Source of the DNA: a bacterium
GTDB taxonomy: Bacteria > UBA8248
Direction of reading: 5' to 3'
DNA: 64,000 bases
NCBI GenBank assembly: GCA_965202625.1
Contig: CBDBBI010000010.1
Span: forward strand, 2,336,001-2,400,000
Of the stretch, positions 30,913 to 41,396 are shown piece after piece. The notes beneath the pieces were generated by a model, which saw nothing but the letters and a program-made list of their open reading frames with translations, was not told the DNA's origin and did not search any database. The position numbers and the translations under genes are program-made. Position 1 is the first letter of the stretch. Every line of letters begins with the position of its first letter.

Positions 30913-32100
30913 GTGTCCGATCATTCCTTGCCCCTTTCCCGCTTCAAGGCGCTCGACCTCACGCGGGCGCGCGCGGGCCCTACGGCGGTTCGCCAGTTTG
31001 CCGACTGGGGGGCGGACGTCATCAAGATAGAGGCGCCCCCCTCAAGCGGCTACGCCGACAACATGGTGAGTTCCCGACGCGGCTATGAGGCGCAAAACCT
31101 CCACCGCAACAAGAGGAGCATGTCTCTGAATCTAAGGGAGGCGAGGGGACGGGAGATATTCTTCCGAATGGTGCGCGACGCTGACCTCATCGTCGAGAAC
31201 TACCGGCCGGACGTGAAGCACAGGCTCGGGATCGATTACGAGTCGTGCCGCGCGGTGAACCCACGCATCGTCTATGGCAGCATATCGGGTTTCGGGCAGG
31301 AGGGCCCCTACCGTGAGCGACCGGGGCTGGATCAAATCGCACAGGGGCTGAGCGGTCTCATGTCCGTCACCGGAAAGCCGGGAGACGGCCCCATGCGGGT
31401 GGGCATTCCGATTGCCGACCTCTCCGCCGGCTTCATGCTCGCCCAGGGTCTTCTCATCGCTCTCCTTGAGCGCGAGGTATCGGGCCAGGGACAGTGGGTG
31501 CACACCTCGCTGCTCGAGGCGCAGATTCAGATGATGGACTTTCAGGCCGCGCGGTATCTGCTGGATGGCGAAGTCCCCGCCCAGGCGGGAAACAACCACC
31601 CCACCTTTTTGCCGGCCGGCGTTTTCGAGACCGCCGACGGGCGGATCAACATCCAGTCTGGCCCCCAGCATCTTTGGGAGCGGCTCGCGCGCGCCCTCGA
31701 GCTCGCTGACCTCATCGCGCATCCCGATTACGCGACCCTGAATAAGCGTTTCGAGAACCGAGAGGCGCTCCACGAGAGGATCTCGAGCCGAACGCGAACG
31801 AAACACGGCGCGGAGTGGATCAAGATACTCAACCGGGCAGGAATTCCTTGCGGCCCCATCTACGCGGTGGATGAGACGTTCGCCGACCCCCAGGTCAGGG
31901 GACTGAATATGAACCCCTCGGTTCCGCATCCGGAGATGGGACCGATCAGAATTGTGGGTCAGGCTGTGAAACTCACGCGCACGCCGCAGATGATGCGTAG
32001 GGCGACGCCCGAGCTGGGCGCGCACACGGAGGAGATTTTGAGGGAAATGGGATACGATGCGGATGCGATAAGCGAATTGCGGGCTGCTGGCATCGTCTGA
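30913..32100 (+). CDS. CoA-transferase family III (CaiB/BaiF)
   Basis: LDLTRARAGP, GADVIKIE, RNKRS, VENYRP, SISGFGQ.GPY, catalytic Asp in IADL. Confidence 0.93.
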   Translation: MSDHSLPLSRFKALDLTRARAGPTAVRQFADWGADVIKIEAPPSSGYADNMVSSRRGYEAQNLHRNKRSMSLNLREARGREIFFRMVRDADLIVENYRPDVKHRLGIDYESCRAVNPRIVYGSISGFGQEGPYRERPGLDQIAQGLSGLMSVTGKPGDGPMRVGIPIADLSAGFMLAQGLLIALLEREVSGQGQWVHTSLLEAQIQMMDFQAARYLLDGEVPAQAGNNHPTFLPAGVFETADGRINIQSGPQHLWERLARALELADLIAHPDYATLNKRFENREALHERISSRTRTKHGAEWIKILNRAGIPCGPIYAVDETFADPQVRGLNMNPSVPHPEMGPIRIVGQAVKLTRTPQMMRRATPELGAHTEEILREMGYDADAISELRAAGIV

Positions 32101-32142
32101 AAATTACTTGTCCCCTGCGGGGCGCAACGGGTGGAGTGTGGA

Positions 32143-32937
32143 ATGCGGTTATCGACTCAGAAGATGGCGTTTGAGGCGGACGCGGGAATCGGCTGGATGA
32201 CGTTCAACAATCCGGAGCGGAGAAACGCGCTCTCGCTGGAGATGTGGGGAGGGATGACAGAGATACTCCGGGGCTTCGAGGCGGACGAGGCGGTCCGCGT
32301 CGTGGTGATGCGGGGTGCGGGCGAGAAGGCGTTCGTCTCGGGCGCCGACATCTCCCAGTTTGCGAAGAACAGGAGCAACGCGGAGCAGGCCGCCGAATAC
32401 ACGCGGGTCTCGGAGGAGGCCAAGGACATCATGGCGGCCATGAAAAAGCCCATCATCGCCATGATTCGGGGTTATTGCCTGGGCGGCGGTCTGGGCGTCG
32501 CCCTTCAGGCCGACATTCGTGTCGCCTCGGGGGATGCGCAGTTCGGCATTCCAGCCGGGCGCCTCGGCATCGCCTATGATTTCGGCAGCCTCAAGCGGCT
32601 CGTCGATCTGGTGGGGCCGGCGAAGGCGAAGGAGATACTCTTCACGGCCAGGCGCGTCCCTGCGGCGAAGGCGCTTGAAATCGGGTTGGTGAACGATGTC
32701 GTTCCGGCTGATGAACTGGAGGACGCTGTGGTGGAGATGGCGTCCTCCATCTCGGAGAACGCCCCGCTCTCGGTCAAAGCGTCGAAGCTCACGATCGGCG
32801 AAGTGGTGAAAGACGGCAGAGAGCGCGACTTCGAGATGATCGACCGGCTCTCGCAGGAATGTTTCGACAGCGCGGATTACAAAGAGGGCCGCACGGCGTT
32901 CATGGAGAAGAGAAAGCCCGTGTTCACGGGAAAGTAG
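32143..32937 (+). CDS. Enoyl-CoA hydratase/isomerase (crotonase) family protein
   Basis: NPERRNAL, AFVSGADI, IAMIRGYCLGGG, DYKEGRTAFMEKRKP.F. Confidence 0.92.
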   Translation: MRLSTQKMAFEADAGIGWMTFNNPERRNALSLEMWGGMTEILRGFEADEAVRVVVMRGAGEKAFVSGADISQFAKNRSNAEQAAEYTRVSEEAKDIMAAMKKPIIAMIRGYCLGGGLGVALQADIRVASGDAQFGIPAGRLGIAYDFGSLKRLVDLVGPAKAKEILFTARRVPAAKALEIGLVNDVVPADELEDAVVEMASSISENAPLSVKASKLTIGEVVKDGRERDFEMIDRLSQECFDSADYKEGRTAFMEKRKPVFTGK

Positions 32938-33141
32938 AGTGCCAGAGGGAGTTGGAAAGGATGAGAGATGAAGCATATGCGGACGTTCTTTCTCCCATCG
33001 GCGCACCCAGAAGCAGCCGCGCCCACTGGCTCCCTGACCTGGGACGCTTGAGGCGCGCTTGCGCGGCGTTTGAACGCTTTTCTCGCCTCGGCGGATTGCG
33101 GGTGATCTTCCTTTCCACTCCCATCGAAGCGATCTGCTCTG

Positions 33142-34821
33142 CTACCCATAAGCCCCGGGCGCCAGGGCGTTGATGTCCGTGAGGACATCCAGAATCACGG
33201 GGCCGTCGCCGCTCATCTGAAACGCCTTGTCGAGCGCGCCTTCGAGCTCGCGCGCCCGTTCCACGCGAATGCTCTCAGCGCCCATGGATTTGGCGATGGC
33301 GCCGAAGTCCGTCGGGTTGAAATGCCACAGCTCATGCGCCCGCCCATGCTGTTTTCCGCCGTAGGCGTCGTCAAAAATCTTCGTCTCCTGGTTCTGGGAG
33401 CCGTTGTTGTTCACGATGACGACCACGCCCATCTTCCAGCGCACGGCCGTCTCCAGCTCCGCGACGTGATACCAAAAGCCCGCATCACCGGTGAACAGAA
33501 CCACGGGGCGCTCGGGCGCCGCGCATTTCGCTCCCAGTGCTGCGGGAAACCCCCAGCCGAGGTGCCCGGCGGCGCGCATGAAGCTGATTCCAGGGCTCTT
33601 GAGGTCGAGGTAGCCGCCCGTCCACATACCAGAATGTCCCGTGTCGGCGAGCACGATCGCATCCGAGGGGAGACGCTCGCCCAGCGTCTTGCAGATGCGC
33701 TCGGGGCGGAGGGGCGAGGCGTCCGAATCAAGCAGCTGTGCGAACTCCGCTCGCCAAGCCGTCCCGACTTCCGCCACGCGCGCGCGCCATTCCTCTCTCT
33801 CCGGCTCCGGCTTCGCCGCTTCGATCATCTTCTGGAGGGAGATTTTCGCGTCCCCCATGATCGACGCCTTAAGCGGGTAGTTACGCCCCAGCTCCTCCGG
33901 ATCGACGTCAAGTTGAACGGCGGGGACGCCGATCTTCGGCACCCGCCAGAAGTGGGTGGTCATGCCGCCGGTCTGGGTGCCGATGAAGAAGACGAGGTCA
34001 GCTTCCGATACGAGCTGGTTCGCGCTTCGCCGTGAATAGGTTCCCACCACGCCGACCGAGAGGGGGTGATCGCCCGGAATTGATTCCTTGCCGTTCATGG
34101 AGGTGGCGACGGGAATTTTGAGTTTCTCGGCGAAGGCGACCAGTTCCGCGTTCGCGCGGGAGGCGCGCACGCCGCCGCCCGCCACGATGATGGGCCGCTC
34201 GGCTGAACGAATCACCTCTAACGCCCGGGTGACGATCTCTGGCGCGGGTTCGGGCCGGTAGGCGGGCGCGCGCTTGAAATTCTCCTCCACGATGAGCTCC
34301 AAATCCGCCTCTTCCTGCTCCACCTGTCCAAGGTTGCCGCCGAAGCGCAGGTGCACCGGTCCTGGCGTTCCCGAGGTGGCGGCGCGGAAGGCTTGCCTCA
34401 GCATGTCTGGAAAGCGCGCGACGGTCTCCACCGTCGCGTTCCACTTCGTCACCGGGTCGAACGCGCTGACGTCCTCAACCTCCTGATAGGCGTTGCGGTA
34501 GCGAATTTGCGGCGTGGTGCCGCCCGTGAACGCAATGACGGGCGCGCAGGCGAGGTGGGCGTCCCTGAGCCCGGCCGCCAGGTTCACGCCGCCCACGATC
34601 TGCGCCATGCACACTCCGGGTCGCCCCGAGGCGCGGGCGTAGCCGTCCGCCATGTAGGCTGCGGCCTTCTCCCCGTGCGTGAGGATGCGGGCGATGTTCG
34701 TCCCGCGCGCCTCCATCTGGGCGAGGGAGTGGCTCAATATCGTTGGCACGAAGAAAACGTGGGTGACTCCGTAGGCGTGAAGGGCGTCAGCCATGAACTG
34801 CGCCCCGCTCATCTTGGGCAT
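33142..34821 (-). CDS. Thiamine pyrophosphate-dependent enzyme (acetolactate synthase-like)
   Basis: E..AAYMADGYARASG, PGPVHL, GDAGF...NN TPP-binding motif. Confidence 0.9.
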   Translation of the reverse strand: MPKMSGAQFMADALHAYGVTHVFFVPTILSHSLAQMEARGTNIARILTHGEKAAAYMADGYARASGRPGVCMAQIVGGVNLAAGLRDAHLACAPVIAFTGGTTPQIRYRNAYQEVEDVSAFDPVTKWNATVETVARFPDMLRQAFRAATSGTPGPVHLRFGGNLGQVEQEEADLELIVEENFKRAPAYRPEPAPEIVTRALEVIRSAERPIIVAGGGVRASRANAELVAFAEKLKIPVATSMNGKESIPGDHPLSVGVVGTYSRRSANQLVSEADLVFFIGTQTGGMTTHFWRVPKIGVPAVQLDVDPEELGRNYPLKASIMGDAKISLQKMIEAAKPEPEREEWRARVAEVGTAWRAEFAQLLDSDASPLRPERICKTLGERLPSDAIVLADTGHSGMWTGGYLDLKSPGISFMRAAGHLGWGFPAALGAKCAAPERPVVLFTGDAGFWYHVAELETAVRWKMGVVVIVNNNGSQNQETKIFDDAYGGKQHGRAHELWHFNPTDFGAIAKSMGAESIRVERARELEGALDKAFQMSGDGPVILDVLTDINALAPGAYG

Positions 34822-34872
34822 GCTTGTCTGTCCTCTAAAGTGTGAATGGGCGAAGAAGGAGAAGCGATGGAA

Positions 34873-35670
34873 TCATGAAATCTGAATGATGCGCCGGGCC
34901 TCCTCGACGCTGGCGACCTTCCGGCCCAGTTCTTTTGCGATGCGCGCGATGCGCGCGACGTGATCCGCGTTTTCGCCCAGCGCGCCTGGGTGGAGGTAGG
35001 GCTCATCCTCGGTGCCCACCCGGACATGGCCGCCGGCCATTACCGCCATGGCCTGTATGTGAATGTGCGTCGGGCCGGTGGCGCTGGCGATGTATATCGA
35101 ATCCTCCGGCAGGTTCGCCACGCGGTGGAGAAACTCGCTCATCGAGGGGGGCGACCAGGCCCCGCCCGGACGCCCGAAGAAGCACGTCATTAGAATGGGA
35201 GTCTCCACCAGCCCTTTTTGCAGCAAGTCGTCGATCATCCAGGTCTCGCCCAAGGAGAACACCTCGAATTCGGGCTTGACGCCGTAGTCCCTGCACAGCC
35301 GCATCATCTCGGCGAGTTCCTCCCGAGGGTGAAGCATCATCACGTCGCGCGAGACGAAGGCCATGTTGTGCGCGCCCACGGCGACGGATATCATCTCGGG
35401 ATGGTTCTTCACCACTTCCTTGCGCTGGTCCACCGTCTGCGTGGATATGCCGTATTGGATCATGACGCCGCACCTGTCCCGAATGGCCTTTGAGTGAGAC
35501 GCCCAGGCTTCGTAGTTTGCGGGGGGCGCGTGAATGTGGGCGATGCAGGAACCTTCGCGGTGCGCCTTTTCCACCGAATCGGCGAGAGCGTCTGAATTTG
35601 AGAGGCGTGGCGCCACCCCCTCGTGCATCAAGGTGTCCGCCGCGCAGTTGGTTATCATGAGTTTCTCCAT
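34873..35670 (-). CDS. Beta-keto acid cleavage enzyme (BKACE/Kce, DUF849) family
   Basis: AHIH zinc motif, VKPEFEVF, GGHVRVGTED, LGR.VAS.EEAR. Confidence 0.85.
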   Translation of the reverse strand: MEKLMITNCAADTLMHEGVAPRLSNSDALADSVEKAHREGSCIAHIHAPPANYEAWASHSKAIRDRCGVMIQYGISTQTVDQRKEVVKNHPEMISVAVGAHNMAFVSRDVMMLHPREELAEMMRLCRDYGVKPEFEVFSLGETWMIDDLLQKGLVETPILMTCFFGRPGGAWSPPSMSEFLHRVANLPEDSIYIASATGPTHIHIQAMAVMAGGHVRVGTEDEPYLHPGALGENADHVARIARIAKELGRKVASVEEARRIIQIS

Positions 35671-35710
35671 CCCTGTGCTCCCTCCCCCTGACGCCCCTGC
35701 GCGGTTCTCC

Positions 35711-36484
35711 CTAGTCCATGGAGCCTTCCACGTAGAGGAGGTTTCGGATTCTCTGCGTGAGCTCGACGAAGGTTTCGTCCCCCATGGTGGAGAGCGAGCG
35801 TGGACGCGGAATGTCGACGTGGATGATCTCGGAGATGCGGCCCGGCCTCGGCGTCATGACGATTACGCGGTCGCCCAGGAATACGGCCTCCGGAATCGAA
35901 TGGGTGATGAAAAACACGGTCTTTTTGCTCTCCAGCCAGATTCGTTGAAGCTCAAGATTCATCTGCTCCCTAGTCATGGCGTCGAGTGCGCCGAATGGCT
36001 CGTCCATCAGCAAAACGCTCGGGTCGTGTATGAGCGCCCGGATGATGGCGTTTCGTTGGCGCATCCCGCCCGAGAGTTCATGGGGATATTTGTCCTCGAA
36101 ACCGTCGAGGCCCACCAGCCGGATGAGCGCATGGGCGCGGGGAAGCATTTTTTTGGCGTCCAGCCCCAGAATCTCCGCGGGCAGCATGGTGTTCTGGAGC
36201 ACGTTGCGCCACAGGAGGAGAACGGGGTCCTGAAAGACGATTCCCACGTCGTTGCGGGGGCCGTTGATGGGCGTGTTCTTGAGCGCGCAGCTTCCGGAAG
36301 TCTTGGCGAGCAGACCGCCCAGAATCTTGAGGAGGGTGCTCTTTCCGCAGCCGCTTGGGCCGACCACGGAGATGAACTCGCCCTCGTCGACGTCGAAGCT
36401 GACGTCGGCCAGTGCGCGCACGATCTCACGGCTCGCCGTGACGTATTCCTTCTCCAGATGCGCTACCGAAATGTATGCGTTCAT
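35711..36484 (-). CDS. NitT/TauT family ABC transporter ATP-binding protein
   Basis: GPSGCGKS, LSGGMRQR, LLMDEPFGALD, FITHSI.EA. Confidence 0.93.
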   Translation of the reverse strand: MNAYISVAHLEKEYVTASREIVRALADVSFDVDEGEFISVVGPSGCGKSTLLKILGGLLAKTSGSCALKNTPINGPRNDVGIVFQDPVLLLWRNVLQNTMLPAEILGLDAKKMLPRAHALIRLVGLDGFEDKYPHELSGGMRQRNAIIRALIHDPSVLLMDEPFGALDAMTREQMNLELQRIWLESKKTVFFITHSIPEAVFLGDRVIVMTPRPGRISEIIHVDIPRPRSLSTMGDETFVELTQRIRNLLYVEGSMD

Positions 36485-36553
36485 GTTCTCCTGAAACCCC
36501 CGCAGGAGAGGAATACTCTCCGACGAGGGCGGTTTCCTCGAAAACGCTCTCCG

Positions 36554-37462
36554 CTAGGCGCCCATCGTCTTATCCGTCTCCGGCGCCCAGAAGAGCACTT
36601 TTTTCTTCACGAAGCGCACCACTTGGTGCATTCCCAGCCCCATGACGGATAGGATCGCCAGAATGGCGAATGTGCCCGTGGTGTCGCTGCTGAAGCTCAT
36701 CTGCATTAGCAGTATCCCCAGGCCGCACTGGCCGCGCCCTCCCCACATGCATTGGCCGGCGCCCACGAACTCGCCGAGAATCGCGCCCAGAAGGCTGAAC
36801 ACCACCGCGATCTCGAAACCGGCGAAGATGAAGGGCAGCGCGTTGGGAAACTGCATCTTCCAGAACGTCTGCCAACGCGAGGCGGAGAGCGAGCGCATGA
36901 GGTCGAGCTGATCCGCAGCGGCTGATTTCAGCCCTACCATGGTGTTCACCAAGAGCGGGAAAAACGCCACGAGGCCGGCCAGAAAGATTTTCGACTTCAC
37001 CTCGTAGCCGAACCAGATGATGAACAAAGGCGCGATGGCGAGCTTCGGCAGGGTTTGAAACGCCACCACGTAGGGCATGACGATAGCCTCGACCCATTTT
37101 GACTGCATAAAGGCCAGTCCAAGCCCCAGACCAATCAGGCTTCCCATGAAAAAGCCCATGACGGCCTCGAACAAGGTGTGGCTGATGTGGTTGTAGAAGC
37201 TGGTCTTCATCAGCCCCATGAAGTCGGCCGCGCCGAGTTGGTCGCCCGCGTCGTAGAAGAACAGACCGCGCAAAAGCGCCATGGCGACTCCCGACGGGGC
37301 CGGAAAGATGAAATCGTCCACCTCGAAGTGGCGCACCGTCCACTCCCACGCTATCAGCAGCAGCACGAAAGAGACGCCGAACAGGAGATAGGGTCTTTGC
37401 AGCAGCGTCTCGGAGAGCGAGGGGCCGCGCGCGTTCTTGGCCGGTTCGTCGTTGGTTTTCAT
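36554..37462 (-). CDS. NitT/TauT family ABC transporter permease
   Basis: P.P..V, QTLPKLAIAPLFIIWFG, PNALPFIFAG, GAILGEF. Confidence 0.9.
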   Translation of the reverse strand: MKTNDEPAKNARGPSLSETLLQRPYLLFGVSFVLLLIAWEWTVRHFEVDDFIFPAPSGVAMALLRGLFFYDAGDQLGAADFMGLMKTSFYNHISHTLFEAVMGFFMGSLIGLGLGLAFMQSKWVEAIVMPYVVAFQTLPKLAIAPLFIIWFGYEVKSKIFLAGLVAFFPLLVNTMVGLKSAAADQLDLMRSLSASRWQTFWKMQFPNALPFIFAGFEIAVVFSLLGAILGEFVGAGQCMWGGRGQCGLGILLMQMSFSSDTTGTFAILAILSVMGLGMHQVVRFVKKKVLFWAPETDKTMGA

Positions 37463-37475
37463 TCCGCCTTCCCCG

Positions 37476-38627
37476 TTATTTTTGCATCCGCATCATCGCC
37501 TGGAAGTGCTTCATCTCCTTGGCGAAGTCGAAATTCCTTGCGCGCTGGATGACCTCGTTGCGGTCGAAATCGTTGACTTCGTCGATCAGATCGTTCGTGT
37601 AGAGGGATTTCACCTGCGCGTCGCTCAGCTTCTTGTCGAGGCCCACGAATTTCACGTACTCCTCCCACTCGCCGTCGTGGTGCGCGCCGAACTTGTCGAT
37701 TTTCTCATCGTCCAGGCGCAGCTTCGGCGCGCGCGCCTTGAGCACTTTGATCATCAGGGCGGTGGCCTGCTCGTCGCTCATGCCCTTGGGTTTCGACTCA
37801 GGATAGAGCACCCAGTGAATTCGGAGCGCCGCCTCGGGGTTCGTGTAGAAGAACAGGCTGCCCTGGGCCAGACCGCGCAAGAAGCCCACGACGGTTTTTC
37901 GGTTGTTCGCCAGATACTCCTTGTTGATCCAGACCACGTTGCCGAACAGATTCTGGGTCCATTTCTCCTGGTAGGGGATGACGTCGAATTGGAAACCCCG
38001 CGCGCGCGCCAGAGTGTATTGAATGTCCACGTTCGCCCAGGCGTCCACGCGGCCGAGCTTCATGGCGGTGGCCGCCTGGGAGACCGGCCCGACGGGGAGG
38101 TAGGTCACCTCTTGTTTGGCGGCGGGGATTCCGCAGGTCTCCAGCGCTTTTCTCACGAAAATGGGGCCGGAGTCGCGTTGGCTCATGACGCCCACCTTTT
38201 TGCCCTGCAAGTCGCAGACGGATTTGATCTTGCTGCCCGGCGGCACCGCCACGCCGTCGGTGTAGATGGAGTCTCGGTTCAGGATATAGACCCCCTTCAC
38301 GGGGGGCATCTTCTGCCCGCGCGCGGCGCGGAAGAGGATGGGGATAGGTCTTGGCAGACCGACGTGGGTGCGGCCGGAAAGCACCCAGCCCATTGCCTGC
38401 GCCCCGCCCTGGGCGGCGACGAACTGGGCGTCCACGCCGTTTTCCTGATAATAGCCGAGGAAGTTTCCGATCCACAGAAAAGAGAGTCCCGGGTTGAAGA
38501 GCGGGTTGGCCATGGTCACCTTGATGTTCTGGAGTTCCTTCGCGGCGGCCGAGGGGGCCGGCCACCAAGCCAAGAACGCGCACAGGGCCGCAATGGCGAG
38601 AGTGAATCGACGCTTTTTCATGAACAT
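37476..38627 (-). CDS. NMT1/THI5-like ABC substrate-binding protein
   Basis: Signal peptide; GYYQENG.D, DLQGKKVG, FLRGLAQG..F...NPEAA; operon with permease and ATPase. Confidence 0.85.
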   Translation of the reverse strand: MFMKKRRFTLAIAALCAFLAWWPAPSAAAKELQNIKVTMANPLFNPGLSFLWIGNFLGYYQENGVDAQFVAAQGGAQAMGWVLSGRTHVGLPRPIPILFRAARGQKMPPVKGVYILNRDSIYTDGVAVPPGSKIKSVCDLQGKKVGVMSQRDSGPIFVRKALETCGIPAAKQEVTYLPVGPVSQAATAMKLGRVDAWANVDIQYTLARARGFQFDVIPYQEKWTQNLFGNVVWINKEYLANNRKTVVGFLRGLAQGSLFFYTNPEAALRIHWVLYPESKPKGMSDEQATALMIKVLKARAPKLRLDDEKIDKFGAHHDGEWEEYVKFVGLDKKLSDAQVKSLYTNDLIDEVNDFDRNEVIQRARNFDFAKEMKHFQAMMRMQK

Positions 38628-38667
38628 ATCCTCCCGTGAGGGTTCTGGTTTCGTGAAAATTCCTCGT

Positions 38668-39435
38668 TCAATCCTCCACTATCGCAACCGGACGCACCCA
38701 TGCGCCGCTCGCGTCCTTCACGTTGATGGGGAAGCAACAGACCTTGAAGCCGTGGGGCCGGGGTATCGCGCCGATGTTGGCGATCTGCTCGATCTGGAAA
38801 TACTCGCGTCGCCTGCCTAGAATATGGTGGCAGGGCATCAGCGATTCGCGCTTTCCCGCCTTGAACTCGGGAATCTGGAAGCTGAAGGGCCTATCGAAAC
38901 CGAAAGCGTCGATGGCGATGACGCGCACTCCTCTATCCAGGAGGTACTCCGTCGCCGGAATGCCCATGCCCGGATGCAGCTCGGGGTAATCGGGACTGTC
39001 CCGATGGGCGTCGGTGCCCGTCCACAGGAGGGCGATGTCGCCCGCCTTGACCTGATAGTCAATTCGGGCGAGACGTTCCTCGATATCCTCTTCCGTTATC
39101 CATTCGCCCGTCTTCTTCTGCCTCAGGTCGAGAACCACGCCGTCCCCGTAGCACCATTCGAGCGGGATCTGGTCGATTTTTCGCGCGGGCGCGCCCGCCA
39201 CGGTGGGGCCATAGTGCCAGGGGGCGTCCATGTGGGTGGCCGAGTGCGTGGAGACGGTGACGAACTCCGCCGCCCCGCCCACGCCGTCGTGCAGCGCCTC
39301 CATCGGAAGCCCCCAGCCCTGGGCGGAGCGCGCCCCGAACTCCTCGTGATCGAGATAGGTGACCTCAGGGGGGCGCGGCTCGTTCGATCCGTTCATGATG
39401 GGGGTGCTCAAGTCAATGAATCTCGTCGCGCACAT
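38668..39435 (-). CDS. Cyclase family (kynurenine formamidase-like) metallohydrolase
   Basis: FIDLS, THSATHMDAPWHY, IAIDAFGFD, FP......SGAWVRPVA. Confidence 0.88.
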   Translation of the reverse strand: MCATRFIDLSTPIMNGSNEPRPPEVTYLDHEEFGARSAQGWGLPMEALHDGVGGAAEFVTVSTHSATHMDAPWHYGPTVAGAPARKIDQIPLEWCYGDGVVLDLRQKKTGEWITEEDIEERLARIDYQVKAGDIALLWTGTDAHRDSPDYPELHPGMGIPATEYLLDRGVRVIAIDAFGFDRPFSFQIPEFKAGKRESLMPCHHILGRRREYFQIEQIANIGAIPRPHGFKVCCFPINVKDASGAWVRPVAIVED

Positions 39436-39478
39436 GGGTGAAATCCTTCGCTGAGGGGCAGTCCGCTCGCGCGGAACC

Positions 39479-40714
39479 CTATAGGGCCCAGAGTTTTCTC
39501 TCCTGCGGGTAGATGAACTCATAACCGGTCTCGGTGACCACGATGGTTTTCTCGATTTGCGTGCCCCCCATGCCGAATATCTGGCAGGGGTTTTCGATGC
39601 ACAGCGTGGTGCCCGCCTCAAGCGGGAAATCGCTTGATTCCGGCAGGAAGGGGCTGCCCTGCGGGGCGGGCGCAGACAGCACGTAGGGCACCTCGCGCTG
39701 CTCAAGGCCGATGGCGTGGCCCGCGAAGTTGCCGTTGTGCTCGGGCAGTCCCGCCGCGCGCGTGGTCTCAAGCATGGTCCGGTGGATGTGGGAGCCGCGC
39801 ACGCCTACTTTCACCTGCGCGAGCGCGGCTTCGAATCCCTCCTCCGTCGCTTTCCACAAATCGCGCTGCGCCCGGGTCGGCTCGCCCAGCACGCCCCCCC
39901 AGCCGGTGTCCCCCTGGTAGTTGTCGAGGACGAGACCCGCGTCGAACTTCCACATCTCTCCTTTGGCGATCTTCTTGTCCGTCGGCGGGAATATGCCCGT
40001 CGCACGGCGGCCCGAGCAGAAGTGAAACCATTGCCATTTGCCGCCCATGCGCCCGACTTCCGCGGCGAACACGGAGGCCGCCTCGCGCTCCGTCACGCCC
40101 TCGGCCACCGCGTTTGAGGCGGCGATTCCCGCCCGCTCGTTCACTTCGGCGGCCGCGGCGAGGGCGGCGATCTCGTCCGGCGTCTTCACCATGCGGACAA
40201 GGCGGAAGAAATCCGCAGCATCGACGATTTCCGCCTCTGGCAGTCCCGCTGCTATCTGTGCGCGGACGCCTGGCGTCACGCGTTCTTGGTCCAGCGCGAG
40301 CCGCGCCTTCGAAAGTCCGCGCTCCTTGAGAGCAAGAGCGAGCGCGGCGCCCGGGTGGGGCGCTCGCCTGGCGTCGTTGTTGTACATGCCGAGGTAGGTT
40401 TCCTCCTCAGGCGTCTGCGGTGCCTCTTCAGGCGGCTGGATGAGCGCGCTCTTGCCCCCGAAGGTGTAGAGGTCCTGTATCCAGGACTGCTGGGCGGAGA
40501 CGTAAGTGACCTCCTGTCCCGGAACGATGAGGGCGGGCGGCGTCCCCTCCTCGCACGCGAAGACGGCGAACATGTGCACGGAATAGGCGTAGACCTTGTT
40601 CGACCAGCCCACGGTCCCCGCCAGGTAGGTGACGTTCTCGGGCGTGGAGGCGATGAGGGCGTCGAAGCCGAAATCGGCCATCAGCCCCCGCGCCCGCTCT
40701 TCGTTCAGATACAT
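39479..40714 (-). CDS. M24 family (Xaa-Pro aminopeptidase/creatinase-like) hydrolase
   Basis: ENVTYLAG N-domain; RMVKTPDEI; D, D, H, E, E ligands (FDAG, GDT, GHAIG, IENP, IEKT). Confidence 0.88.
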   Translation of the reverse strand: MYLNEERARGLMADFGFDALIASTPENVTYLAGTVGWSNKVYAYSVHMFAVFACEEGTPPALIVPGQEVTYVSAQQSWIQDLYTFGGKSALIQPPEEAPQTPEEETYLGMYNNDARRAPHPGAALALALKERGLSKARLALDQERVTPGVRAQIAAGLPEAEIVDAADFFRLVRMVKTPDEIAALAAAAEVNERAGIAASNAVAEGVTEREAASVFAAEVGRMGGKWQWFHFCSGRRATGIFPPTDKKIAKGEMWKFDAGLVLDNYQGDTGWGGVLGEPTRAQRDLWKATEEGFEAALAQVKVGVRGSHIHRTMLETTRAAGLPEHNGNFAGHAIGLEQREVPYVLSAPAPQGSPFLPESSDFPLEAGTTLCIENPCQIFGMGGTQIEKTIVVTETGYEFIYPQERKLWAL

Positions 40715-40922
40715 GATGGGTTTCCTTGATCAGGGGGACTTATCCAGGGATGCCGGAGCGCGCCCACGGTGAACCGGGACGCTTCCATGCGGCCCATGTG
40801 ATTGTGATGATGCAAAAAGAATATCAAATCTCACGAAGCCTGAAAAGCTGAGAATAAAAGCGTAAAACGCGTTTCTTGAGAAAGCCGAAAAAATTTTCGC
40901 CGCAGACGCCGGCCGGAAGAAC

Positions 40923-41006
40923 GTAGCCGGCAAAATCATTGCGAATGCCCTGGAAAAAGGGTCGCTGAAAAAGTCGCTCAAAGCAGGTCGTCGAGCGTGA
41001 TGGCGG
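40923..41006. repeat. Dispersed degenerate repeat, copy 2 (related to 6472-6588)
   Basis: Same two conserved blocks as copy 1, in the same orientation. Confidence 0.7.
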
Positions 41007-41396
41007 CCGAGGGCGTCCGCGTCCATGCCGCGCGTGAGCATGAGGCTTTGGGAGGGTTGAGACACGCGCCAGAAGCGCAGCAGGTCGAAGGGGAGCGCCG
41101 GCCGACTCCGCCGTGCACGGTGCAAAGGTGCCGATGAGGAAATAGCCGCCGGAAAATTCGGAGATTTCTCCTCGCGTTCGGTAGAGGAAGCGGCAAATCT
41201 ACCTTCGCGCCGTTTTTTTGGCGATCTCCCGTTCGTGTGTTGACTTGCGGCGCATCGAAAATCATAATTATCTCATGTTTCCAGAAGGATGCTTGGCGAG
41301 TGGAGGTTTTATTCCCGGGCGAGATGGGTATCGTTTATTCGGCATTATTTCAGGGTGATTTTTTAACTCGCATCAACCATAGGGAGGGGAGAGGAG

